From the NCBI RefSeq assembly GCF_024521635.1, contig NW_026250434.1, forward strand, positions 310,001-374,000: a DNA stretch of 64,000 bases, in the 5' to 3' direction. This document shows, one piece after another, positions 12,301-23,870 of this stretch. This DNA is from Tricharina praecox. Its lineage: Eukaryota. The stretch's first letter is position 1. Every line of letters starts with the position of its first letter. A model generated the notes under the pieces. It saw nothing but the letters and a program-made list of their open reading frames with translations, had not been told where the DNA came from and did no database searches. The position numbers were made by a program, and so were the translations under genes.

Positions 12301-14682
12301 CTCGAGTCGCAGCCGTTGTTTGACGGTTGAGTCTTGACCTCAACATGCCAGATACCAGAGATGTCAGAGATGCGGCCGCGCAACGAGCGCGACGAGGAAA
12401 TGGCCGTGGGGACTTCCGCACGGCGCACTGTGCACGCAAACGTGGCGGGCCACTTGCTACAGTTAATACCGTGTTTGCCGCGGGGGAGGGGGGGAGGGGG
12501 ATGGAGGTAGGCACCATGTGCTACCTGTGATAGGTACAGCACATAAGATCAACACTTCCCGCGTCCCTCAGTCCCTCAGGGGGGGAGGTGATGGCGGGCT
12601 GCGGGGTGCATTAGCTGCTGCTGCTGTTGTTGGGTGGGCGGGCGGAATCGTAATAGGTGCTCTATCTAGGTGCTCTAGATACCTGGTTGCTTACCTATGA
12701 TACATAGGTACCTCCACAGACCACACGCAAACCACTCCTCCGTCCGCCGTCCACCACCGCCCACCGTCCAACCCCGCACGCGCATCAAATCTCTCTTATC
12801 GTGCGACCCAGCCGGACCAGTGGTTCGTCCGCCCGCAGCCGGAAGATATCGCACCCCCGGATATCACACCTCGCACCTCCAGCCATCCATCCAGCCCGCA
12901 GCCATCCATCCAGCCAGCGAATGCGCGGATATTAAACACAGCAGCATCCATACATCTATCCAACCATCTATCCAACCATCCATCCAATCGCCCACGCGCC
13001 CGCAGAGGCCGCAGGGGGGGGCCGCAGGGGGACATCTGATCTTACCGGTGGCCGGTGGCCGCCTCAGCATGTTTCGGTAGAGAAACTGCCTACCTGCCTG
13101 CCTACCTATCACCGCCAGGCGCAGCACTTATTTTCCAGAACAAATGGAGTGTTTTCCCCTCTGCCCGCCTCCGCCGCGGGCACGCTGCGGCATCGCGCAA
13201 GTGCGCGGGGGATTGGGTGGAATGCATATTGTGTATCTACACGCACACATGTAGGTAGTATGATACATGTATGAGGGGGGAGGGGATGCACGGCGCAGAT
13301 AATCTCCTAGGTACAGGACGGACGCAACGTCCGGGGAAGCACCTCTTCACCGCCGACGACGCCGTCGCAACGTCCACGTCTTCCCGACTGCCCCACCACT
13401 GCACGAGAGGGGCCAGTCGGTTTAGATGAGCGCGACAGCAGCAAACAGAAGTTGGAACGCAGAACGCAGACGTAGGTGGAGTAAGCACTCACTCGACTGC
13501 GTACCTTCCTACCTAACTGCCTACTCACCTATGATGCATATCGTAACCGAGAGTACTGTCGGTCTTATGTGCAGTAGTTGGACTGTGGGAGGTAAACCGT
13601 AGCGTAGCGTATTCCGAGTACATAGAATAGAGTATCTAGAGTAGGGATATCACGGCGCTTCGACCGTCCATCCACTTCCCCCCTCCACTCTACGTCCACT
13701 CTACGTCCACAGACCAAACCAGCGCAGCACTCGTATAGTTAATAGATTAGAGCACGGATGGTGACGGTGACGCTTGCCAGCGACGTCCCTCCATCGCTTC
13801 GAAACTCACTCCTCCCGCCCACTTGCCCGCCCAGCAAGCAGCGTCCACAGATACCGTATTGATATGGATATTAAACACCTCACCTCACCTCACCGCACCG
13901 CACCGCATCGCACCTCGCCGTCTAGAACGTCATTACCACTTCCCTCCCCCCCGCTCCCCTCGCTCTCACCGCTTCCCCCCCCCGCTTCACTCCCCCGTCC
14001 GTGCCGTTGCGCGTCCGTTGCGGATCCGTTGCGGAAGGCACGTGCTATCGTCGTCACCACGGGTTATCTCCCAACAAAATCCGAAAAAGCATTAAGCTCT
14101 AAGCACCAAGCAGGTACATTGAGTAGGCACATGCTGCGGGCCTGCGGCTCCGGTTCGCATAAGACTCGGTTTTGCTGACTCGCACATGGCATGTATGTAC
14201 TCGAGTATGGTACATACCCGACCAGGGGAGCTAACGTCTTTACGTCTAACGTCTGTTGCGGGGTTTTCTTCTCTGCGTCCTGCGCGTCTTCGTCTTGCGT
14301 CCTGAAGTCCTCCGCTGTTCGGTGAAGCTCGCGCGGTAATTTTGCTTTGCCTATATATGCTCTGCTTTGCACGTCACCGTCGGGCGGTCGGGCGGTTGGT
14401 CAGTTGGTTGGTTGGGACTCGGCCATGCCATGCCGTGATATGAGATTTCCCGGAGGAACTCTGCACTGCACTGGAGCTGGGGCTGGAGGCAAGCAGGTAC
14501 TATGTAGATATGTGGAGACTGCATGAGCATGAGCATGAGCATGAGCATGAGCGTGAGTATAGGAATGTATGGAGAGTATATAGCAACGAACGCCGGCAGA
14601 AGGGGCCGGAATAACCTTCGATTGGGGCGGGTGCTTTCCTGTTCTTCTCGAGAGTCGAGAGGTAGAAGCCCCACCATGACCA

Positions 14683-14745
14683 TCACCACTACTGCTATCA
14701 CCACTACTGCTATCACCACTACTGCTATCACCACTACTGCTATCA
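14683..14745. repeat. 15-bp minisatellite (ATCACCACTACTGCT) x4
   Basis: Perfect tandem copies visible. Confidence 0.85.
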
Positions 14746-16847
14746 CAATCACATGTCTCTCTCCCCCCCCCCCTCCCCCTTCCTCCATCCCCCCCTCCAT
14801 TCCTTAGGAGGGGACACCTGCGAGGGGAGGGTGCACACTCCCTCCCTGAGCCCTCGCTATCTACCCCGCAACCGCCCATCCGTCCGTACATACCGTACCG
14901 TACAGAGCACCGTACCTACCTACCTGGAGCACCTACCTGGGTAGGTAAGCAAGTAGAAAGCACCACATGTACCGAAAGTACCTACACACCCAGAGTTTCT
15001 CCGGTTCAGAGCTCGCAGTCGCACCGAGCAGAGCACCGAGCAGAGTAGAGTAGTGAGCAAGCAGCTTGCAGAGGAAGCAAGCGACCCACAGGCGCCCCAC
15101 CTCCCCTCATCCTTCCCTCCGCCCCCTCCCCCTCCACCCTTCCCTCCACCCCTCCCTCTCCCACGACGATATCGGCAACTAGTAGACCAACTACAGTAGT
15201 AGGTAGACTAGTAGATACATGTTTTTATCCAGCCCTTACCAGGGAATTAACTCAGCTGTGCTGGGCTGCTGGGGATTTTATTGAGCTTGGGAGGGGAGAG
15301 GTGGAGAGGTGGAGGGGTGGAGGGTGGAGGGGTGGAGGGGTGGAGAACAAGGTGGATGTGGAGGGGCAAGGGGATGGGGTGCGAGGTGGAGGGGGAGTAC
15401 GACCGACAGACCGACCGACAGACCGACACATGAAAATCTACCGACACTCACACACACATTCACCCTCACACCTTTCTCTGCCACACACACACACACACAT
15501 AAACACACACACACAAGCACCACACCACCATCACCGCATTCTCGATAACTAACCCCAACCCCATAGTTAACTCCATAACCCCATATCTACCCCCATAACC
15601 CCACCATACCAGCCGGCTCTGCTGCGGTCGCTGGACGGTGGACGGTCGGTCCGTCCGCATGGCATGGCATAGCATGGGCATCTAATTTCCACGGTGCACG
15701 ACTCTACGGTGTCTACTTATACCGTCCACACACTTCCCCGTTAACCCAGTTAACCTCGGAAGCTCTCTCTCGAGGCGGGGGAAAACATGTAGTTAAAACA
15801 CTTCGCAAACGAAACGGGAGCGGGAGAGCCTCTATGTAGAGAGCACGCGTCACGCGAAGTCCACTTTATGATGTATCCACGAGAAAATGTTTCGCCCTTG
15901 GTAAAGTATCGTATTCTGTAGAAACCACTCTGCCACTCAACCACACACTCCTCACAGCATAGCACAAGGAAAACGCAAAAAAAAACACCACCAGCCACCA
16001 CCAGTACTACCAGCCGACCCCCATCATAATCATCCATCCCCAGCATCCATCATGCGCACAAAGCAAGGCCAAACAAACAAACAAACAAAGACATACAGAT
16101 AGATAAACAACACAACAAAACACAACACATAAATCAGCAACAGAAAGGAAAGAGAAAGAAAGAAGAAAGAAACCGGCGTGTTCACTCAAAAACTAACTAG
16201 ACTAGGTACTAATGATTATTGAGGACGTTAGATGGAAAGAAGACAACAAAAAACAAAGAGGTATATGAGAACAACGAGAAAGAGAAAACGAAATCATAAG
16301 AAGAAAAAATGAAATAACAAAAAAACGTGAGGATATAAACGTCAACTGGCCGGCCGGAGTGACACCCACAAATAGATGGCAGAAGAAAGAAAAGAAAAGG
16401 ACCATTAGCAAGAAGATGCACGCAATGAGATCGCAAAAAAGCTCAACGGATATTCATGCAACAGGTGAAAAACAAAACAAAAAAGCAAAAATAAATAAAG
16501 ACAACCATCCAACCGAAACCGACCTGTGTAAAGAAAATCCCGTTCACCGAAAACCCAACCAGTCTTAACCCATGCAGATGTAAAAAGGACAAAGTTCAAA
16601 AACAAAATATAAAACGCTCAATCCGATGCTTTCAAGACGCCTGAGAAAAAAAGAAAAAAGAAAAACCGAACCGCCCCCAAAAAAGCACAATATAGACAGA
16701 GTCGGTGATGGTGATGGTGGAGGGTCGAGGTATTGAACGCGGAAATGTCGATTGAGCGAAGAAACAAGGCTGAAAAGGAGAAACGTTTTGTTTTGGTCGT
16801 AAAGGTCATTAAATTAGGTAGTAGCGAAGGGAAAAAAGTGTCGTAGA

Positions 16848-19468
16848 TTATTCAAGTTCGCTGCCCATGTCTTCGTCCATCTCTGGAGAAGACGAGGGAG
16901 AGGATGCCGAGGATGACAGCGTCAATCCGGCGTCGTCGTTGAGGGCCAGGGTGTGCGAGTGGATCTTGAACGATTCGCCCAAAAGACTGGTGACTCTGTG
17001 GACATTGTCAGTATTCTGCGATTGCGTGAATTCGATCTAGAGAGGATATCTTACCCCCAAACGACAACCTCGTCCACCATACCACCCCAGACGCGAGCGA
17101 CGGCTGCACTGAGACGCGATCCGTACAGCTCAACCGAGTCCTCGTCGAAGAGCGACCGAATCTTGTCGAGCATCACCTGCTCCTCGGCGGTAGGAGGGAT
17201 CGTCTCCGCCTCCTCCTCCATCTTGAAGAGCCACAGACTGAGCACCAGCATCAAGTCGAATCCGCAGAGCGGGTGCTCGACGCTCCAGTTCAATGCCGAG
17301 GTCCTTGCAACCCAACGGATACCCATCAACGCCGGGATCTGGAAGGACTCGAAGCACAACTGGATGACTTTCGTCATCGACTCGGAACGGACGATGATGT
17401 CGGCCGCAGCCGTCATGCCGGACGCGACCTCCTCGGGGCTGTGGTACCGCAGAGCCTCCTGAATCGGCATGAAGTCGACTTCGAGGCGCGCAGCAGTGCA
17501 CCGGTACATGGCCATGGCGTTGAATACTAGCGGGTGCCCCTTCTGAGGTGCAGACATGGGCACGATCATGCTCTCCGTAGTGCAGGAATCCAGCGTTTGG
17601 TGCCACGTGTCTAGCGCGCCACTAAGCTTCGTTCGATACTCGGCTACAACCGCCTCAACGATCTCGGGACTTCGCTTGACACTCCAGACTTCCAGGAACA
17701 GAGCGTTGATCAGGACACGGCAACCAAAGGCGCTGCACTGCGGGGCTTCGCCCCTGAACAGACTGGTGTGTGCGTCGGCAAAGGTCGGGGTGGCCTCGTT
17801 GATGTAGTTTTCGCGCCACATCTGTTCGTCGGATACGTCGGAATTCCACAAGGTTTCCGAGCATGGCAGCATTATCGCATCGAACTCGTTGTAGCTGATG
17901 GCCGGAGTGTAGTTGAAGGTCATGGTGAGAAGGCCAAAGAAGATGTATACAGCAAAGTACGTTCGCTTGCTGCCCTCATCTGCGATCCACTCCTCACGGG
18001 TGGGAAGTCTGCCTCCACGCTTCTCGACTCTCTGCTGAAGCTCATAACGACCACCGGCAACCATCTGTCGATCCGATCAGTAAACGTCCTAAAAATAAAA
18101 TAAAATAAAAAACTGCGATCACTTACGTTGACGAGCAACGACTTGATGGAGTGCGCCCATTCAAGGCCCTTCGCATCACCGCTCCAGCTGGCAAAGACCA
18201 TGTTCAGGAGCAGGGTCTGAGTGGTCCACAATGGGCAATTGAGCGAGCTGAACTCCTGGTTTCTGTGCAGGAAGTTGTTGACCAAAACCTTTGAGGAAAG
18301 GTGTAAAGTGTAACTGAAGTTTTTGTTAGACAATGGGTACGTGAATAAAAATTTGGAGCGATAAGCCTTACGCTTGCTCCTTCTCAAAGGTGTAGAGTGC
18401 GCCGATCGACAGAACCGCCAAAAGCAATGGTGGGGCGATGGTGCCAGGAGTGAACGACGACAGGCGCAAGAAAGGGAGATGATGATGGAACAGATTGAAG
18501 TATGCCGTCAGGTATCTGTTCAAGCCGCTCCTACTAGGCAGACGGAACCTGTCCAGGACAGCGCGTTCGGCGTCGATCTCCTTGATGTTATCCAGAATCT
18601 GGACGCGTTCGTCGTCGGACTGGACAGCCGGTGGTGGGGGAGGCGGGGTTGCGTGGGTGGGGAGTCCCGATGGAGACGCGAAACCAGCGAAGTAAGGATT
18701 GGGCGACGCAGCGTACGACCTCGGCTCCGCAGAGAAGGATCGCTCCATAGAAGTGGGGTGGCCCGAGGGCAACTGCAAAGTGTTTGCATTCCAGTCTTGG
18801 GTGTCGAGCTTGGGCAGGTGGAGATCGGGACCGGTGCACGACGAAGGGGTAGGTGGGTCCCAGGTGGACATGTTCTGTACGGGAATCGCGCCCGAGGGGT
18901 ATGGAACGGAGGGATCGAAATCCGACGACATGGAACGACGGGAGTTCTCGCGCATCTGCATCTGCTCCTGGTCTACCATGGCGGCAGCCGCAGCTTGGTG
19001 AAGTTCAGTCATCAGAGCAGCCGCGGTCTCCATGTCCACCATACCATCGTTACCATCTTCGATCGCTGGTTCAATAGCGATCTTGGGTTTCGACGGGCCA
19101 GCGGCGGAATTCTTTGTAGAGCGGCGCTTTACTTCGCTGTGCAAAGGAATTCCTCCATCTTTGGCGTGGACGGTTCTGTCGTGTCGCAACAGAAGATCTC
19201 TCCGTACGAAGGTGCTTCGGCATTTCATGCACTTGAACGGGCGCTCTTTGGTATCTGAGTCGCGCGCGCTGAGGTTAGCATTTGACGCGCGTGCGCCGAA
19301 GCGGCGCCGGCCGGCCGAGCGAAGTAAGTACTTACGTGATCTCTCATGCCTGCTCCTGTGTTCCGATCTGCTGAACGCTCTCGCGCAATATTCGCACTTG
19401 TATTTACGTTCCTGTACGATCGGCGTCTTCTTTACGAATTGCGTCTGCGCAGTCATGACTTCAGGCAT
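16848..19468 (-). CDS. Transcription factor with two N-terminal C2H2 zinc fingers and a fungal-specific TF middle domain (AmdA/Adr1-like)
   Basis: Exons 19468-19336, 19254-18372, 18313-18127, 18064-17055, 16995-16848. YKCEYCARAFSRSEHRSRHERSH-TKERPFKCMKCRSTFVRRDLLLRHDRTVH; YFNLFHHHLPF..PPLLLAVLSIGALY; WIADEGSKRT; LPCSETLW. The orthologue name is from memory and not certain. Confidence 0.92.
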
Positions 19469-20887
19469 TATTTGTTATGTGGGTGGTGTTGACCTGTGGG
19501 TGAAGGAGCGAAGTTGGGATCGGTCCTTTTGGGGGGGAAATGTATTTGGGGGGCTGGGTGGGTAGTGTTGTATCGGGGGGGCCGGTTTGGCTGGGTTTAG
19601 CAGTTGAATCCGGTTACGAACTACTTTTCATTGACAGCAGGCTGTTGTGGAGGTGTAAGTGGTGTTGTTGTATACGCGGATGGTCAGGTCGCGGGTGACT
19701 CGGGGAGGAGTTCGATGTGTTCGTGTCGGTATGGGGATATGCCTCGGGTATAGGTGATGGCAGGTGGTGGATGGTATATAGGAAGTCGACGATGGGGGAG
19801 TAGCTCCAGCTATAGGGATCGCGACAAGCTTCGTATGGACGGTGGGGTGGTGGGGAGGGACAGACAGAACGAGAGACAGAAAGAATTACAGAAGGGAGAG
19901 AGGGGCATAGAATAAAAGGGGGGCGAGAGTGAGGAGGAGGGAGAAGTGGGAGAGATGGAGGGGCTTGGGGGGGTAATAGGCAAAGGGCAAAAAATTAAAG
20001 GCCTTCGCTTTCCCGAGAGGTCGAGGGGTAGCGGGGGGGGTGGTGGGGATTGGGGGGGGGGGGGGGTGTGATGGAGGGGGGGGGGGGGTGGAGGGGGAGA
20101 GAGTGGGAGATCGAGTGGTGGTGAATGAGAACGAAAGGGGGAGAGTGAGACTCAAGAGGGAGAGTGAGCGAGTGAGCGAGAGCGAATGGGCTGTGGCAGG
20201 TGGTGGGAAGTAACAAGCTGGGATAGGTAGAGTAGCAGTTTAGAGTGAGCTTCCCACCACCTCCACCGCCTGCTCCTCCTCCTACTCCTCCTCGTCCTCC
20301 TCCACCTCCACCTCCACACCCCTCCACCACTCACCACCCACCACCGCGAGCGCGAGCATCACCACCACCACCATCTCCTCCACCAACAACAACTGCCACT
20401 ACCCCCAGCACAGCAACAATAACAGCAACAACAACAACAACAACAACACGCTCGCACCGCACGGATCTCTTGCGATCGTGGATGCGTTCAACCACCGGCA
20501 CTAATGCGGAGTCCAATCGGGCTTAGAGGGGCTGTCCTCCCTAGCCCAAACCGCACAAAGCCCATAGGCCTCTCCCCCACCACCCACACCCACAAGACGC
20601 GGCGAAGGAAAGAAGGAAGGAACGGAGGCGGGTGGATGGATGCATGATGATGATGCATGGGTGGAGAGTGGTGGGTGGATGGGTTGTGGGTGGGTGGGTG
20701 GCTGCTGAGCCATCGATGGCTCGTACGGACGAGGGAGGGTGGGAAGGCCAGGGAGGGAGGGAGGGAGCAGAATAGTTAATTGCTGGGGCAGCAAGGAGAG
20801 CGTGAGATGTGGATGGTCGGCCGGTCGCCCACACCCGTGGTGCGACGAGCCTGAGTTCGGGTCTCACACGCAGTGGCCACTGTGGGT

Positions 20888-20970
20888 GGTGGGTAGAGTT
20901 GTAGTGGTGGTGGTGGGTGGTGGGTGGTGGGTAGTGGGTGGTGGGTGGTGGGTGGTGGGTGGTGGGTGGT
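20888..20970. repeat. (GGTGGGT)n G-rich tandem repeat
   Basis: About 8 copies of tgggtgg in tandem. Confidence 0.8.
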
Positions 20971-21644
20971 GAGTGAGAGGCAGAGACAACTGTGGGCCAT
21001 CCAGATTCCATCGTCGAGTCCAGTCGAGCAAAGCAGGAAGCACCACGCAGAAAAAGCTACCAACCGAGAAGGGGGTGTCCTGCCCCTCTACCCACAACAC
21101 ACGTTGTAAAGGAGTTAGACGTTATAACTACGTGCAGAGCTTAACTCTACACAACGCAGAACCCACAACATCCCGAAGAGTTGCAAGGGATGCTGTGGGT
21201 TATCTACCGCAGCCCACCACCCCCCAGTGAAGCAATTTACCGCCGTCCTCTGCTTCTTCTTCTTCTTCTCGCCCTAACCCGCGTGGATAGGAAGGAAAGA
21301 AAAAGAAAGGAAAAAAAGTGAACGAGTAGCCATCGCCGACATCCCCTGCCAAACCTGAGTTTTGTGTTATGGCTAGTAGTCTCACGAGGTGGTGTGGTGC
21401 TGTCGGAAGTTGCCCGTCATGGCCGTCGCGATGGTGGTGGCAGTGGAATCCACGGCCGTGTCGGCCGCGGCGATGGTGGTGGTGGTGGTGGTGGTGGTGG
21501 GGAAGCAGAGCATCATCATCTTGCTTGATGCAAAAATAATATCCCGCCTGTTCCCCACAGATATGTGTCCTCTCCTGCTGCCCTGCCTGCCGCTGCGCCG
21601 CGAAATTATCGCCGGCCAAACAAATCGCATCTTAAACCTCTCCT

Positions 21645-21709
21645 CCACCACCACCACCACCACCACCACCACCACCACCACCACCACCACCACCATCACC
21701 ACCACCACC
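21645..21709. repeat. (CCA)n trinucleotide microsatellite, about 21 units
   Basis: Near-perfect run with one interruption. Confidence 0.9.
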
Positions 21710-23780
21710 GCCACGACGGCCAACACCGCCCGCGCCCTCGGCAGCCACCGTCACGGCGACTGGCTGACTAGCTACACAGGAATTATCGTATCGCATCCAG
21801 CAACTCTTGTGCGCCCTTAAACTTACTCAAGTCGTCGCACCGGCTGGTTGGCCAACATGACATGCAACCTCACGCGCGCCTCGCCGTCAGACTTCCTCGA
21901 CACGGCCACACCAAGAACCGGTCACCATCGTCCTACTCTACCTACTCTACACACCGCCACCCAGCGCCCCCCCTCCCCCCCCGCACACACGACGACTACG
22001 ACGACGACGCCCTGCGACCGACAACACAACCTGGTTCTTGCTTGCTTGCTTGCTTGCTTGCCTGCCTGCCGCCTCAATCAAGATGATGATGACAGACCGC
22101 AGGTGTCTTGAGTTTTCCGGTCCGAGCGCTCGAGGGAATCGCCGCCGCCGCCGCCTTGTTCTCGATCTCTCTCTTCTCTTGTGACCGGTCGCAGTGCAAA
22201 AGAGGCAGCACTTGCTTATGTATGGGAGCTTGTGAGCTTCGGCTGTTGGACCAAGCGAGGTCTACTTTACGGAACGAACGAGCGAACGAAACCCCACAAG
22301 GATTCGTTCCACAGAATCCGACCCTCCCCCTCCACCCCCTCCATCCCTCCACCTCCATCCATCCCCACGCCCTTGCCCCAACTGGCAAAGTTTCGTCCAT
22401 CCGCCACAGATAAATGCGACCCTAGGTACTAGTAGTTGCCAGGTTTGTCCCTGATATTTGGCCCATGCTTCTCCCAAAACTCTCTACTCCGGATTCATCT
22501 ACATACTATTATTCCTCTCTGCAGTACCCAACTCCTCCCCCAGGTTCTTTGCATAGATTTCCTCTACATATCTGATCTTTTTTCCTTTCTCGTCCTATCC
22601 ATATGATAGCAACGCTTTTCCTTGCTATGTATCCGAATCTGGTGTTTTGCGGTGGTGGTGGTGGTGGCGGTGGTGGAGGATGATGAAGATACCTAGCGCC
22701 CTCGGGTCTCCCCCGGACCCAGGCGAACCAGCTTCTTGGCGGGCGGGCGGCATCGCTTACGACGGCGGCGCCGGCACTCGCATCCTTCTCCCTCTCTCTC
22801 GAGTCTTTCTCGTGAGCTGGCAACGAACGAAGTACTGGACGTGACTAGAGTAGGAGGCAGCTTACCTACGCGCGCAAGCAAGCATCTCCCATTCAACCCA
22901 TTCAACCACCGCAAGCAGACCCCATGGCCTACCGTAGTTATCCTATCCTATGTATCCTACCCTACCCTACCCTAGAGTATGTACCGTACGCCGACTGACT
23001 GCCCACCGCCTTCGTCACTCGACGAGCGACGGATCACATCCCGCCGGAATGTCCGAGGCCGGTCGGCCGGGTATTTTCTATTCTCGTTGGCAGCGAGCAA
23101 ACAGCAGCGGCAGCAGTAACCAAGCAGCAGCACACAAGGGAGCAGCAGGCGAGTAGCAGGCAGGAAAGTAGTAGGCAGGAAAGCAGCAGGAAAGTAAAGC
23201 GCATGTTCACGTCTTGTGACGGATCTGCACTTGTGCCCAATTCCTATTGCTTTTCGACTTCGACGCCGCATCTCTTATGTACCGGCGCTGCTGGATGGGT
23301 GAAAAGTCCTTCCTGTACCATCATGTACATTATGTATGTACGAGTACCTAGAGGACCGCTTGCTTGCTTCGAAATCTAACGCCGTGGTTGGCGCATAAGC
23401 GTGGAGAAAAGAGAAGAGAGGGAAAGAGAAGAGAAGGCGCCCGGAATATGTGCATCGGTCGGCTGGGCTGGTTGGGATTCTCCGACCCTGCGGAAACGGC
23501 AAAAGGCACATCGGAGCAGGAAAAACGAGCAGTTCCTGACTTCGTGACTTCCTTGTTTCGAGGGCAGAGAATATGCCTAGGATCTGTCTTTCCTGCCTCG
23601 GGGACTACCATGATAGATACAGACACCCGCGACCGGGCTGGCGGTTTCGGGCTTTGCTTAAAGCGAGTGGAAGGGAGTGGGAGTGGCGGTGGGATCATGT
23701 GCCCGCTAGTTATCTACTCGTACCGTGCTCTACTTACATAGCGCTTTATTTGTTTTCTATCTTTTCTTCTTCGCTTCTTT

Positions 23781-23870
23781 CTTGCATTTCTTGCTTGCCT
23801 TTCTTGCTTGCCTTTCTTGCTTGCATTTCTTGCTTGCCTTTCTTGCTTGCCTTTCTTGCTTGCATTTCTC
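23781..23870. repeat. 13-bp minisatellite CTTGC(A/C)TTTCTTG with 39-bp higher-order period
   Basis: The variable position reads A,C,C,A,C,C,A across the units. Confidence 0.85.

Noticed and set aside
19469..19632. Possible spliced uORF ending in a TAATG overlap with the TF start
   Set aside because: Depends on a weak donor and lacks a clear branch site; too speculative
21200..21820. Poly-His, poly-Thr and poly-Val ORFs
   Set aside because: Translations of (CCA)n/(GGT)n microsatellites
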